Below are positions 36,798-50,734 of a DNA stretch of 64,000 bases, piece by piece. Position 1 is the stretch's first letter. Every line of letters starts with the position of its first letter. The DNA is taken from contig JANJGN010000017.1 of assembly GCA_026770705.1 (NCBI GenBank), positions 12,338,001 to 12,402,000 on the forward strand. Direction: 5' to 3'. This DNA comes from Isurus oxyrinchus. Taxonomy: Eukaryota. A program made the position numbers and the translations under genes. The notes under the pieces are model-generated. The model made no database searches. It was given only the letters and a program-made list of their open reading frames with translations, and was not told the origin of the DNA.

Positions 36798-37040
36798 TAA
36801 CATAACATAGGAAATAGGAGCAGGAGTAGGCCATTCGAGGCCACAAGCTTGCTTTGCCAATCAGCAAGATCACGGTTGACCTTCCACCTCAACTCCACTT
36901 TCCCACCATATCCCACATCCCTCTATTCCCTTAGTCTCCAAAAACCTAGCAATCTCAGTCTTGGATAGACTCACTGATTGAGCTGCCACAACTCCCCAGG
37001 ACAGAGATTCACAATCCACTGAGTGAAGAAATCTCACCCC
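36798..37040 (-). mobile_element. CR1 3' tail
   Basis: CATAGGAAATAGGAGCAGGAGTAGGCCATTCG. Confidence 0.7.
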
Positions 37041-37934
37041 ATTAAAACAGGCTAGACATGTTCCGGATCATTCCTTCTTCCTCTCTGGCATCAGCCTTTG
37101 AAAATCTATAATGCTATGATGCAAACTGAACCTTGGGGCTACATAACCACCACCTGTACACCCAGTTTTGCAGCTGCAAACAGGAAGACGTGACAATAAG
37201 TAGAATACCTCACTTCCTGTGTTGCATTACCAAACGGATTTCACTTCCAAAACTGACCTCAGAATTTGTTTGTGTGTGCAATGCAGGTGAATTCTGGATT
37301 GTTCAGGCTCTGTGAAAGAAAAACTTTTAAAAATGTGCTGACACTGACACAATATCCTCCATCTGTGCAGATTCCTAATGGATTACTTCAACCATCCACA
37401 CAGATTGCCAGTTACTGTACATTATCTTCATTCAGGCCAGAGATATTTGACCTGGAGAACCCTTGTCATTTTATCTCATTGTTTACAGTGTTAACAAAGA
37501 GCTCAGTATTTTACCTTGTACTCTCTGAGGGAATCTCCGTTATTTATCTGAGATTTATAAGCTCCGTATGTTATCTGCAGCCTTCCCTGCCTGGCTACCG
37601 CCTCATAAATTTTAAACAACATTAGAGCAACTTTGGGTGGTCCAGAATATATGAATATCTATAGCAGATACCAGCTCATCCCTGCAATCTCCTCTTTCAA
37701 ATAGTTGCATCTGCCAGGGTAATGAAATCTCTTTCACTTCAGTTGCTTTGTTACTTAAAATTTTAGCTTCATGCTCCATTCCAAGTGCTGCTTTACCTTT
37801 CCATGTTATTCCCTCACACTGCTGAGTAATAAGACAGTGTCAGTTATATTTCCTGATCTCTGTTTGACCAGTAGCTCCCATGAGCTTCCCTCATGGCTTT
37901 GTAGGTGATTTGCTTTTCACTGTTTTTGTTGGGT

Positions 37935-38437
37935 TAATGTGCCAAGGGATATGGCGCTAATGTGGATAAATGGAGTTGGAGGACAGACTTTTAAAAATTC
38001 TTTCATGGGTTCCGGGCATCATTGGCTAGGCCAGCATTTATTGCCCATCTCTAATTGCCCTCGAGAAGATGATGGTGAGACGCCTGCAGTCCATGTGGTG
38101 TGGGTACACCCACAGTACTGCTAGGGAGGGAGTTCCAGGATTTTGACTGAAATCAGATATGACCTAATTCACGGAATCACAGAGTAGTTACAACACAGAA
38201 GGAGGCTATTCAGCCCGTCCTGTCAGTGCTGGCTCTCAAACAATTCACCTAGGGCCACTCTCTTGCCTTCTCTCCTTAATTGAATGGTGGAGCACGATTG
38301 GGGGAATGAATGGCCAACTCCTGTTCCTATGAATGATGGAGAAAGCTCAGGAGCTGACTGACCTACTTCTGTTCCTATGAATAGTGGAGCAGGCCCAAGG
38401 AGCTGAATGTCCTACTCCTAACCCTATGTTCCTATAA
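37935..38437. mobile_element. Nested cluster: + CR1 tail interrupted by a - APE-RT LINE tail (37990-38148) and a - CR1 tail (38170-38278), ending in a triplicated tail unit
   Basis: CCAGCATTTATTGCCCATCTCTAATTGCCC; three GAAT..TGGAG..TGA.TG.CC.ACT.CT..T.CCTAT units at 38281-38435. Confidence 0.7.
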
Positions 38438-39054
38438 GCAGTAGAGATAAATGGTTCCAGGCTTGATTCCATGTTTGGTCTATTCCAGGTTAGATGTGGC
38501 AATTGTAGGAGTAGTCCAATTCGTTTTGATAATCTTAGCTATAGAGACAAGGAGAAAAAGCTTAGTCAGTGTTCCCAGTCCTGATCTCTCGTCAGCATCA
38601 TCATCAGCTGTCCTTCAATTCGAGAGCGACATCTACCCAGGCATGTGACTCAACAAGGCCAATTCTCAACTCGCATATCTTTGGGCACATGAGGCAAGAC
38701 ATACCATGAGGTAGTGGGATCCAGAGTGTAGGATTTGCTTCCTTTTTTGCCCTCTCTGCTGCCTGGCCTCCATGGCTGTGGATTGGAACAACAGTAGGCC
38801 ATTCAGCCCCTCAAGCCTGTTCTGCCATTTCATTAGATCTGTACCTCAACCCTATTTGTCTACAGATGTCAAATGACATCAGGCTAGAACTCAGTTGTCT
38901 TGTCTTCCATTGTTGAATAGCCTATTGATGGTCAGGCTTTTGAAAGCATCATGAAAAATAACTTGCTGAGCAAACTGTCAGAACACTGCCAAACTGAGGA
39001 AAACACAGATATCACCTGTGCCTTTGCTGTTGCTTCAATTATTGCAACTGAAAA

Positions 39055-39700
39055 AAAAAATCCTTTTGCATTTACAAAGCATTTTTTACAACTCAGAATG
39101 TCCCAAAGTGCTTTACAGCCAATTAATTACTTTTTCAAGCTTAATAACTGTTCTTCTGCAGGCAACCATGGCAGCCAGACTGTGCACAGCAGACATACAG
39201 CAGAATAATAAATGGTCAGTGATTATCCAGTTTTTGGGATGTTGATTGATGAATGAACATCGGCCAGAACATAAAAAAAGAGAGCCACAAGACCTTTCAG
39301 GAAATATTTTAACCTATCCCTCAATTTGGAAAACTGACAGAGTTGGATACAATGCCAGAATTTACTCTTCAATGAATTCAGTGGGAATAATATTGAGTGG
39401 AGTATAAAATTGATGCTCTATCCAATCTCGTCAGCTTTCCAACAGGCAAGTTAGGTTAGAATGTGCACCTCCCCCACCACCGCCACCCCCCCCCCCCCCC
39501 CCCCCACCCCCTCCATTTATATCCATCTGAACAGATGAGCAGGTTTACCATCACATCCTCCAGGCAGCTCCTCCCACAATACAGCACTCCCTCAATACTG
39601 CACTGAAGTGTCAAACAGACTCACACACTCAAGCCCTGGAATTGGTTTGCAATCTACAGCCTTATATTGACACGTCAAGAGTTCTACCAATTGAGCCAAG
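39055..39700 (-). mobile_element. Split DeuSINE with an internal MITE-like insert and poly-C tract (39470-39512)
   Basis: Tail at 39055-39270; CAGCACTCCCTCAATACTGCACTGAAGTGTCA at 39582. Confidence 0.6.
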
Positions 39701-40625
39701 CTGACACTTGATACCTTTAACTTTACAAATATTAATTTCTGTGGGAAAACCTTCTTGGATTATTAACATTTCCTCCACTTTTAAAGATAGACACTTGTCG
39801 AGAACTAATCTTAATGGTTTCCTCCATTGACATTTCTCTTTAGGATTCACTCAGAATGTGCCTATTGCAAAATAAGGCACCCATCTATATTAAGATATAT
39901 CAATCATTCTTTAGTTTGTACACTGAATTGGTTCTGATGGTTTAGATTGGTTTTTCCCCTTTATACTTCATTAAACAGCAAAATTCTTCAGAGATCACTC
40001 TTTGGATTCTTGCTGTTCATATTATACTTAAAAGATGCTGAACTAAGAACGTCTTTCCCTGTTCAGAAGTTAATGTAAAGGACCAAAGCATATTGTGCAA
40101 GGCACCAAAATCGAAAAGAATAAATAAATCAGCAAGAAAACTCAGAAAGTAACAATTATATGACACCAAGCTTGAGTTTTAAAATACTTTAGGAGGAAGA
40201 AGAAATGGATGGACATGAGGAGTGTAGCAAAATACAAGGTTTGGTATACAAGGCTTGATTCCCCTATAGGGGAACTCCTGGGCAATATCATGGAACTCTA
40301 CATCACAGAGGTCTACACCCTGGAAGTCTACATTGTAGTAGCAACACCAACAACTTCCATTTACACAGTGCCTTTAATCTAATAACAATAATCCCAAGCC
40401 ACTTCACAGTAACATTACAGAACAAAATTTGACACCGAGTTACATAAATATATTGTCATAATTATGGTTTTATTAGTGTGCAGTATGCCTAAAATAGAGT
40501 TGGAGTTGAAAGCACAGATGTAGTTGTTTCTGAGTATATTGCAAATAAACCTAATGTTTCCATCCAAGAAGTTTCTGCTGATCAACTCCATCACTAAAAT
40601 CACAACTCAGCTGCCCTGCATGAGA

Positions 40626-43425
40626 TTTTTTAAAAAATTCATTCACAGGATGTGGGCTTTGCTGGCTGGGCCAGCATTTATTGCCCATCCCTAGTTGCCC
40701 TTGAGAAGGTGGTGGTGAGCTGCCTTCTTGAACCACTGCAGTCCATGTGGTGTAGGTACACCCACAGTGCTGTTAGGGAGGGAGTTCCAGGATTTTGACC
40801 CAGCGACAGTGAAGGAACGGCAATACATTTCCAAGTCAGGATGGTGAGTGACTTGGAGGGGAACTTCCAGCTGGTGGTGTTCCCATCTATCTGCTGCCCT
40901 TGTCCTTCTAGGTGGTAGTGGTTGTGGGTTTGGAAGGTGTTGTCTAAGGAGCCTTGGTGAATTCCTGCAGTGCAAGTTGTAGATGGTACACATTGCTGTT
41001 ACAGTGCATCGGTATGGAGGGAGTTAATGTTTGTGGATCTGGTGCCAATCAAGTGGGCTGCTTTGTCCTGAATGGTGTCAAGCTTCTTGGGAGCTGCACT
41101 CATCCAGGCAAGTGGGAAGTATTCCATCACACTTCTGACTTGTGCCTTGTAGATGGTGGACAGGCATTGGGGAGTCAGGAGGTGAGTTACTCGTTGCAGG
41201 ATCATTAGCCTCTGACCTAATCTTGTAGCCATAGTATTTATATAGATAGTCCAGTTCAGTTTCTGGTCAATGGTAACCCCAGGATGTTGATAGTGAGAGA
41301 TTCAGTAATGGAAATGTCATTGAACATCAAGGGGCGATGGTTGGATTCTCTCTTGTTGGAGATGGTCATTGTCTGACACTTGTGTGGCACAAATGTTACT
41401 TGTCACTTGTCAGCCCAAGCTTGGATATTGTCCAGGTCTTACTGCATTTGGATATGGACTGCTTCAGTACCTGAGGAGTCGCAAATGGTGCTGAACATTA
41501 TGCAATCATCAGCGAACATCCCCACTTCTGACCTTATGATAGAAGGAAGGTCATTGATGAAACGGCTGAAGGTAGTTGGGCCAAGGACACTACCTTGAGG
41601 AAATCCTGCAGTGATGTCCTGGAGCTGAGATGACTGACCTCCAACAACCACAACCATCTTCCTTTGTGCTAGGTATGACTCCAACCAGCAAAGAATCTTC
41701 CCCCTGATTCCCATTGACTTCAGTTTTGCTCAGGCTCCTTGATGCCACACTCGGTCAAGGGCAGTCAGTCTCACCTCACCTCAGGAGTTCAGCTCTTTGG
41801 TCCATGTTTGAACCAAGGCTATAATGAGGTCAGGAGCTGAGTGACCCTGGCAGATCCCAAACTGGGTGTCAGTGAGCAGGTTATTGCTAAGCAAGTGCCA
41901 CTTGATAGCATTGTTGATGACCCCTTCCATTACTGATGATCAAGAGTAGACTGATGAGGCAGTAATTGGCCGGGTTGGATTTGTCCTGCTTTTTGTGTAC
42001 AGGACATACCTGGGCAATTTTCCACATAGCTGGATAGATGCCAGTGTTGTAGCTGTACAGGAACAGCTTGGCTAGGGGTGTGGCAAGTTCTGGAGCACAA
42101 GTCTTCAGTACTATTGCCGGAATATTGTCAGGGCCCATAGCCTTTGCACTATCCAATGTCTTCAGCCGTTTCTTGATATCAAGTGGAGCGTATCAAATTG
42201 GCTAAAGACTGGCATCTGTGATGCTGAGGACCTCCGGAGGAGGCCGAGATGGATTGTCCACTCGGCACTTCTGGCTGAAGATTGTAGCAAATGCTTCAGC
42301 CTTACCTTTTGCACTGATGTGCTAGGCTCCTCCATCATTGAGGATGGGGATATTTGTGGAGCCTCCTTTTCCAGTGAGTTGTTTCATTGTCCACCACCAA
42401 TCACGACAGGATGTGGCAGGACTGCAGAGCTTAGATATGATCCATTGGTTGTGGGATCGCTTAGCTCTGTCTATCACTTGCTGCTTATGCTGTTTGGCAT
42501 GCAGATAGTCCTGTGTTATAGCTCAACCAGGTTGACACCTCATTTTTAGGTATGCCCACAGCGCCAGTCTTGAGATGCTAGATCTGTTTAAAATCTATCC
42601 CACTTAGCATAGTGGTAGTGCCACACAACATGATGGAGGGTATCCTCAATGAAGGTGGAACTTCGTCTCCTATTGGTACTGTCCTGAACAGATGCATCTG
42701 TGGCAAGCAGGTTGGTGAGGACGTGGTCAAGTATGTTTTTCCCTCTTGTTGGTTCCCTCACCACCTGCTGGAGACCTAGTCCTTTAGGAATCGGCCAGCT
42801 TGTTCAGTAGTGGTGTTACCGAGCCACTCTTGGTGATGGACATTGAAGTCCTCCACATTCTGCACCCTTGCCACCCTCAGTGCTTCCTCCAAGTGATGTT
42901 CAACATGGGGGAGCACTGATTCATCAGCTGAGGGAGGGCGGTACATGGTAATCAGCAGAAGATTTCCTTGCCCATGTTTGACCTGACACTATGAGACTTC
43001 ATGGGGTCCGGAGTTGATGTTGAGGACTCCCAGAGCAACTCCCTCCTGGCTGTATACCACTGTGCCACCATCTCTGCTGATGGGATGTTGATGGTGGTGT
43101 TTGAGATATTATCTGTAAGGTATGATTCTGTGAGGATGACTATGTCAGGCTGTTGCTTGACTAGTCTGTGAGACAGCTCTCCCAATTTTGGCACTAGCAC
43201 CCAGATGTTAGTAAAGGAGGACTGTGCAGGGTTGACAGGGCTGAATTTTCCGTTGTTGTTTCTGGTGCCTAGGTCAATGCCTGGTCGTCCGTCCAGTTTC
43301 ATCCCTTTTTTGCGACTTTGTAGCGGTTTGTTACAACTGAATTCGAATTCCACCATCTGCCATGGCGGAATTTGAATTGGATTCCCAGAGCATTACCCTG
43401 GGTCTCTGGATTATTACTCCAGAGA
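40626..43425 (-). mobile_element. Near full-length SINE-headed APE-RT LINE (internal deletions, disrupted ORF)
   Basis: ATG at 43302: MKLDGRPGIDLG..TNIWVLVPKLGELSHRLVKQQPDIVILTESYL (APE); RT FPQGSVLGP..MFADD; tRNA-like head remnant at 43345-43425; complete 3' tail. Confidence 0.93.
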
Positions 43426-43429
43426 TACA

Positions 43430-44080
43430 TTAGTGCAGGTGACTAAAGGTTTGGTCAAATGGGTGAGTTTTAAGGAGATATTAAAGGTGGGGAGCGAGGT
43501 AGAGAGTCAGAGAGATTTAGAGAGGGAATTCTGGAGTTTAGGGCTTTGGTAGCTGAAGGTAACCAGTAGTGGACAGATTAAAATCTGGGAGGCCAGAATT
43601 AGAAAAGTGCAGATATCTCAGAGGGTTAAGGGGCCAAAGGAGACTACAGAGATAGGGAGGGTCGAGACCATAGGGGGATTTGAAAACTAGTATGTGAGTT
43701 CGAAAATCGAGGTGTTGCTTAACTGGGAGCCAATATAGGGCAGAGAGCACAGAGGTGAATGGGAGGCGGTCCGAGTTGGGAATGGGCAGCAGAGCTTTGG
43801 ATGTCCTCAAATTTACTGAGGGTAGAATGTGGGAATCTAGCCAGGAGTGCATTGGAAGTCAAGTCTAAAGGTAACAAAGTATTTCAGCAGCATATGAACC
43901 CAGACGGGCATGACAGGCAAGGTGGAAACAGGTGGCTTTAGTGATGGTGCAGGTATGGGGTTTGGAAACTTACCTTAGGGTCAATTTTGATGGTTGCTGA
44001 GGCAGAGGCGAGAACCAGATTGGAGTGATTAGGAAAGATAAACATGGATTTGGGAGGTGACAACACACTCAAAGGTTCGG
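43430..44080 (-). mobile_element. L2 LINE 3' fragment
   Basis: ORF 43538-43852 contains TSVLSALYWLPVKQHLDFRTHILVFKSPYGLDPPYLCSLL. Confidence 0.8.
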
Positions 44081-45384
44081 AAAGGGCCAGCCCCGAAATT
44101 CAATGCCGCGCCCATTTTTCAGGCGCAAAATTAACACAATATGGCAGTGGGGCCTTAGCCACACGTTGCGTACTGGATTTGGTAACCCCCACCTCCCCCA
44201 CCACACCAATCACTACCCCCCCAATCCCTGCTTCAGCAGTGAGTTGCCTGGGGATGCACAGCAGCCATCTAAACCTCGCTGGGCTCTTGTAAATGACACC
44301 CAAATATCGCTTAGTGCGACCAGTTAGTGTTGGCCTTCCAATTTCTAAGCCATCATGTCAGATCAGATTCATCAAGGTTCTGCGACAGTGGGCTATTGCT
44401 GCCGCAGTCTCTGTTTAGTTCACATAATCAGTTAGCTTCTTGTGTCGGACTTTGACTTTCTCAAGGCATGTTTCACTTCATTTTTCAAGGAATAGTTTAC
44501 CGCTCCTTGTTGATAAGCTGCAGGATTTTTTTCCATTTCTTGTGACGATGCTATTAATCGCCAATTACAGTGATTTACAGCAATACAGTGCACACACAAT
44601 TAATCCTGCTGGCAGTCACAAGCCAAAGATCATTTCCCAAGACAAAACGGAGCAGAATACGTAGCTGGCAGCAATCATTTCTGTACTTAAGCACATCTCT
44701 GTGTTATATAAATGTCTCCGAGTGCCATTCAGTGGGAGACAGGATGGAAAATTGCTGAGCAACGTCGTGGAGAGTCAAAACTCACTTTACAACCAAACAT
44801 TTCCCTCTTGGGCACTGATTGTGGGAAAAATACCATTCTAGGAAATGTGCTGTGGTTGACCCTTTCCCTGCTTAATAAGCCAGGTCCCAGCATTGCACAT
44901 AATGGACTAATGATTTAAAAATACACCTGTGTATGAGAGCCTTCTAGCAACCTCACTGCCTTCTTTTCCTACCAATTATCTGTGCTCTACTCCTGAGGGC
45001 TGGAATGTGGTTCCATGGGACACTGCAATCATTCTTTATATGTGAGAATAAAGAATTACTCATTCATTCAACCATAGGGTGCATCGCTGGGCCATTGGAG
45101 GAATTGCCTTTTATAAATTTTCACGTAGGAATGCATTCTGCCCGAAAGGGATGATGTCTTGATGCTTCTATTATCACATCCTTAAGTGTGGAAATCAGAA
45201 AACTTTTTATCTGCTACTTATCACATACAGAGACTCTTATAACTGGTCAAGATTTTCATTATGCTGGATGACTGAGATGCACTAAGCAACCTTTTGGATA
45301 TGAAAGTCCAGTCAGTGGGTAAGACACAAGCCACACAGAAGTGGGTGGATTTATAATGTTAGACTACCAAACTTTGAACATGCC

Positions 45385-45775
45385 CTTGATTTAAGCACAA
45401 AATCCAGGTTGACAATCCCAATGCAGTGCTGCACTGACAGAAGGGCAGTACTAAGGGAGTGCTGCTTTATTGGAAGTGATGTATTTTGGATGTAATGTTA
45501 AACCGTCTGCCTTTCAGATGAACACATAAGATCCCATAACACTAAAAGAAGAGGAAGGGAGTTCTTCCTTGTGTCCTGGCCAATATTTTCATTGAACATT
45601 ACCTGAAAAAGAAACTATCTGGTCATTATCACATTATTTTCTGTGGGAACTTGCTGTGCGCAAATTGGTTGCCTCATTTCTACATTAACTATACTTCAAA
45701 ATTACTGCATTGGCTGCATTAGGCCATCCTGGCGTTGTGAAAGGCACTACAGAAATGCAAGTTTCCCTTTCTTGC
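45385..45775 (+). mobile_element. DeuSINE
   Basis: CAGTACTAAGGGAGTGCTGC..GTGTCCTGGCCAATATT..GTGAAAGGCACTACAGAAATGCAAG. Confidence 0.75.
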
Positions 45776-46124
45776 TTTGACATATTCCCCAACCAATTGT
45801 TTCTCTATCCCTCAAAGCTGCTGACCCTTTGCTGGGCTTTAGCTCCAAGGGTACCAGCAACCCTCCCATTCTTCACCCAGTAATGAGTCCAGACTAAGAG
45901 ATATTTGACTGCAGGGTATCATAACCCAGCATGGCCCTGTCCAAACCTGCGCTCTACATATATTCACTTTCCCACAGTCACTGCCTAATAGCAGGGCTAG
46001 AACCCTGGAGGCAGTACCCCATCCAAGTAGCCATCCTGTATGTGTGTGCCTACGTGCTGCTAGTTGGAACATTATTTGGCAGCAGAGGAAAATTGCAGTT
46101 ATGCTCTAACCATGTCTTCACTCA

Positions 46125-46762
46125 AAGAGTATTGTGTCCAATTCTGGACACCATATTTGAGGAAGGATGTCAAGGCCTTGAAGAGGGTGCAGAGGAGATT
46201 TACTAGAAGGGTATCAGGGTGAATGACTTTAGTCATGTGGAGAGAGTAGGGAAGCTGGGATTGTTTTCATTTGGGGAGAAAATATTAAGCATGTTAAGAG
46301 GAGATTGAATAGAGGTATTCAAAGTTGTGAGGGATTTTAATAAAGTAAATAGAAAACCAAATCAGTAACCAGATTTTACATATTTCATTGATAAAGGAAC
46401 CAAAAGGGAGACAAGAAGAATGCTTTTAAAACACAGGGGGCGGAATTTTACACTGGTGGGAATTTATGGTCCTGTTGAAGTCAATTGAATTTTGAATAGC
46501 TCAACTCACTACATTTGCCGGCCCTGCCTGTGCCGCAATGGGGCCCTAAAATTCTGCCCAGTGAGTTGTTACGACCTTGGTGGAAGTAGATTCAATAGTA
46601 GCTTTCAAAGGGGAATTGGATAAATACTTGGAAAAGAGCACTTTGCAGGGCTGTGGAGAAAGGGCAGGGGAGTAGGGCTAATTGGCTAGCTCTTTCAAAG
46701 AGCCAGCATGGGCACCGTGGACTGAATGGCCTTTTTCTGTGCTGTATAACTTCATGATTCTA
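46125..46762 (+). mobile_element. CR1 3' fragment containing a ~120-bp Harbinger-type MITE (46437-46558)
   Basis: VQFW.P...KDVKALE.VQRRFTR-like translation; MITE ends GGGGCGGAATTTT / AAAATTCTGCC with probable CAG duplication. Confidence 0.75.
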
Positions 46763-48724
46763 AGTGTGTACACTCTTTCCAGTGTGTGTGACTGAGAATC
46801 TTGTTTTACTTACACCCCCTCCCAGCCCTAGTCTAGTGGCACTATGATAAATGGTAGCATCCCCACTGCGACATTGACAAAAGGCTATCGTTATCTCAGC
46901 ACTGACAAGGGATTGTTCTGGGTATCAGAGACTTGTGTATTGCCTCCCTTATAGCCCAGAGCTATCCCTGAAGCCTTGAATATAAAAGGAAATTAATCTA
47001 GTGCCTCACTACAGCAGTAAAGCATCTCAATGCATTTCACATGGTGAGCTAAAAGCTACTGAAAATTATAAATGGCATAAAGATTAATACATCAGCTATA
47101 AGTTATTCATGGACAGCCTTTGAAAAAGAGCAGTTTGATTGTTAAAGTAAATGGCATCAATGTGTAGTAAGTGCCCTTGTATCTAAAGTTATGATGATTA
47201 GTCTATTACAACAGTGACCCCACTTCAAAAATGCTTAATTGGTTGCAAAGCGCATTGAGATGTCCTGAGGTCACTATATAAATGCCAAGTTCTTTGTTGG
47301 TAATAATGACTGACCCCTGGTGGCTCAATGACAAAGTACTCTGTGTGGTTTGATAGTGTGCCAGATTTCAGTTTCAATTGCTCATTGGCCTGGGTTAGCT
47401 AAACTCCAGGGCAGCCTTACAGTTATCCATGGTGTCAGACAGAGAGCAAAGGTCACTGGGCCAATTTCAAAGCAAACCATTCCAGATACTCCTTTATCCA
47501 CAATCACACCATCTGGCCTTTGCCCGATCAACTGGGTTTCCAGCTGCTCACCACTGTTCGGACATTTTTTACTGGAACGTGAGAGTGAGTGGCTGCGAGG
47601 GGGATAGATGGGGCCTAGTTGTGATTCCTCCATGATCAAATTCCATCACGTTGGGGCCTAGATTTTCAGATTGGCGCTACCTTAAGCTCAGTCCTTTGAT
47701 GCTGATGTTAAAATATCGCCAATCAGGAAACCTAGGCTACGCTCGCAAAAGAAAAACGGTCATTAGAGTAAGGTAGTGGATTGCTGCTGTGGGCCTGTAT
47801 CGTGTCAGCTCATTTAGAAAGGGGAGAAACTGGTAAAGAAATAAAAAATATGTGATCGTCCTAGTTGTTTTCCTATGGGATATGTACTCTCTCACTGATT
47901 AAAGCGCTCAATAATGCCTCAAGATTTTACCAAACAGCTGTCTCAGCTTGAAGCCAGCATCAACATTCATTACTATTTCATTTGGTACTGAGATAGATTT
48001 GGGCATCTGACCTTTTTTTCTCCCCTTCTCTCCAATTTGGAGTCACACACTCTGCTGGAATCTACTCTGCGGGAAAAGCATGTTGAAGTGGTTCTGCTGC
48101 CAGAGCCTGAGTGATTATCGTGGAATGTACGCTGAACATTCTCCTCGCTCCTCACCCCACCCCCAACCACCCCTCTCCGATCATTGCCACGGCCTTGACA
48201 ACAATGAAAGTGCCACATTGTACCTGCAGGTTCCCACCGAGCTGGGTGGGGTTGCAGGGAATCAGCCACACACTCCACAAAAGGGAGTCACATTCCTCTC
48301 TGCATTCAGTACTAAATGTTCCAAATGGACAAGGACAACAGCTCAGGCAAAGCAAGCACGGTAAGTGCTAGACAATGAGTGCCAATCAGCTCCTGTAGTC
48401 TCTCCAAAGAGGCTTAAGTGCTGGGCCTATCATTAGTAGATAAAATTGAGGGGTGGAAAGAAATGCTGGGAGGTTTACTCTCAATGTGCTATTTTATACT
48501 TTATCTCTTTCTAAGAAAAAATATTTCCTTACTGCAGAAAGTTTGTGAAAAATGCTTGCCCTTAAAGCGACATTGTTTTATATAAATCACAGAATTAACA
48601 GCACAGAAACAGGCCATTTGACCCAACAGGTCTGTTATGTTTATGTTTCACATGAGCCTCCTTGCACCTGTCTTCATCTAACTCAATCAACATATCCTTC
48701 TATTTCTTTCTCCTTCTGTTATGC

Positions 48725-48738
48725 CCACTAGAGGTGAC
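48725..48738 (+). promoter_or_regulatory. Near-consensus CTCF-like motif
   Basis: CCACTAGAGGTGAC versus CCASYAGRKGGC; motif match only. Confidence 0.2.
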
Positions 48739-49621
48739 AGGCCTCATCCTAGTTCAACCTCTCATCTACCACAATGGAGTGTCAGCCTCCATTACTTAAC
48801 AAAGTCTCTGCATGGGGCTTGATCTCATAACTTTTTAACTCAGAAACAAGAGAGCTGCCATTGTGGGAGATGTGACTCCAAAGCCTTACAACAGAGGTTT
48901 TTAAAGTTTCTAGTATGGGATTCACATTCACCTCTGACAAATGTGACAAGTTTATGATCTTCGTTGTCACCGAGATTGAGACATCCACTCAGTTGCCTCT
49001 GCTCGTTTCCCAATTCCCCAGTTTAAAATTCCTCATGCTTCATGACTTTACCTCTCCCTATCTCTGTAAGCTTCCTGAACTCTACAATCCCTCAGAGCTC
49101 TTCATTCCTTCTGTGTACCTTTCCGACTTGGCTCACCCCCCCATTATTGGCGGTGCCTAAGGCCAGCCAAGCCCTCTGTCTAAATTTTACCATCAACTGT
49201 TGTCCTCCCCTTAAAACCTGCCAAGTTTGAAAACCTATGGTTTAGCTGTGAGTAGATGTGTATAAAATTGTATGTCCTAGTAGTACCAGGAGGGGAGAAG
49301 GCACTTATATAATTTTGGAGCCTCTCTTGCTGACAGCAGATATCAGGAATCAGCACACCCGGAAATATCCAACAGGTGGGTTGGCATAAATTTGGAAAAT
49401 TATCTTGCCAAAAACAGAAATGCGCCTTTGATGTAAAGAATTAGTTGCAGCTTCGTGTCATGGAGCTGAAATATGGATTCATCCCCTGGAACAAGAAGGG
49501 TGACAGGTGGGAATTCATCTATCAAAAAGGGACTGATTAAAATTGTCCATTCCAGCATCCCCATGGACTGGGCACGCGGAGTTCCCTCCTGATCCACACT
49601 GGAAGCAGTTAATCCTGGCAT

Positions 49622-49905
49622 TTCTTTTTTAATTGACTCTCAGATGTGGACGTTGCTGGCAAGTCCGGTATTTATTACAATCACTAGTTGCCCTTGAGAA
49701 GGTGATGACAGGCCTTCTTCTGACAATGCTGTTGGGTTGGGAGTTCCAGGGTTTAGATCCAGTGACAATGAAGAAAAATCAATATATGTCCAAGTCAGGG
49801 TGATGTGTGATTTTGAAGAGAACTTGGAGGTAATGGTGTGTTCCCATGCTTTTGTTGCCCTTGTCTTTCTAGATGGCAGAGTTTGCGTGTTTGAAAAGTG
49901 CTATC
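49622..49905 (-). mobile_element. APE-RT LINE 3' tail fragment
   Basis: GATGTGGACGTTGCTGGC..CTAGTTGCCCTTGAGAAGGTG..CCAAGTCAGGGTG. Confidence 0.75.
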
Positions 49906-50734
49906 ATAGAAAATTGCACCTTATGACCTTTCCTGCTCTGAAATACTTCTTTTTGCATAACTGTGTCAAAGAGAACAGGTTACTTCTGGTATCACGTCAA
50001 AGGAAAACTGACAACCATACATTATTTAATTTCCTGTTGCTTTTAATCAATGAAGAGTCTTAATTACCTATGGTGGAAAATTTGCTTCATTGCTTAGTGA
50101 AGCTTTGGGCCAGATTGATCCAGTCAGTGAGACTGTTATAATCTCTGATTCCTGCATTCTCTGGCTCTGAGACCAATGAATGCACAAAGCACACTTCTGT
50201 TTGAGTTTGAAAGTACAAAGATAAAAAAAAAAATATAAAAAGAAATGACTTGGAACCTTCATATCTGCCAAGGCAGCAAACCGCACTGGTGGTAGGTACT
50301 TGTGGTGGCAATGAAATTCTTCTTCCTCCCTAGTCCAAGGTCTACAGCTGGCTTCAATTGACCTTATTGTATAAAGCCAGTCGCTGTGCAGCATAATTGC
50401 TGTTGACTATTTTCTCATCTCACACCCATCCACCCCCATACCCTGATCTGATTCCCTATCCTTCTGAAGTTAGTAATTCAGGCTGGGGATAGGAGAGGAC
50501 TCTTGGGCCTTGCTTTCACGGTCACTCTTCAAGCATAGGCAAGGCCGTGGGTGTCAGCAGACCATTTAACACTGGAGGACATTACATCCAGGCCTGATCC
50601 AGTGATGAGGCTCAACTCCTTAGTGCAAGTATTGGGATCCTCCCGGTTTGTTTTTTAATCAGCTCTTTGAATGACTCCACTTAGTCATTGCGATAAGTAA
50701 CTTAATAAATAATGCTTGCGTTTATATGGAGGCA

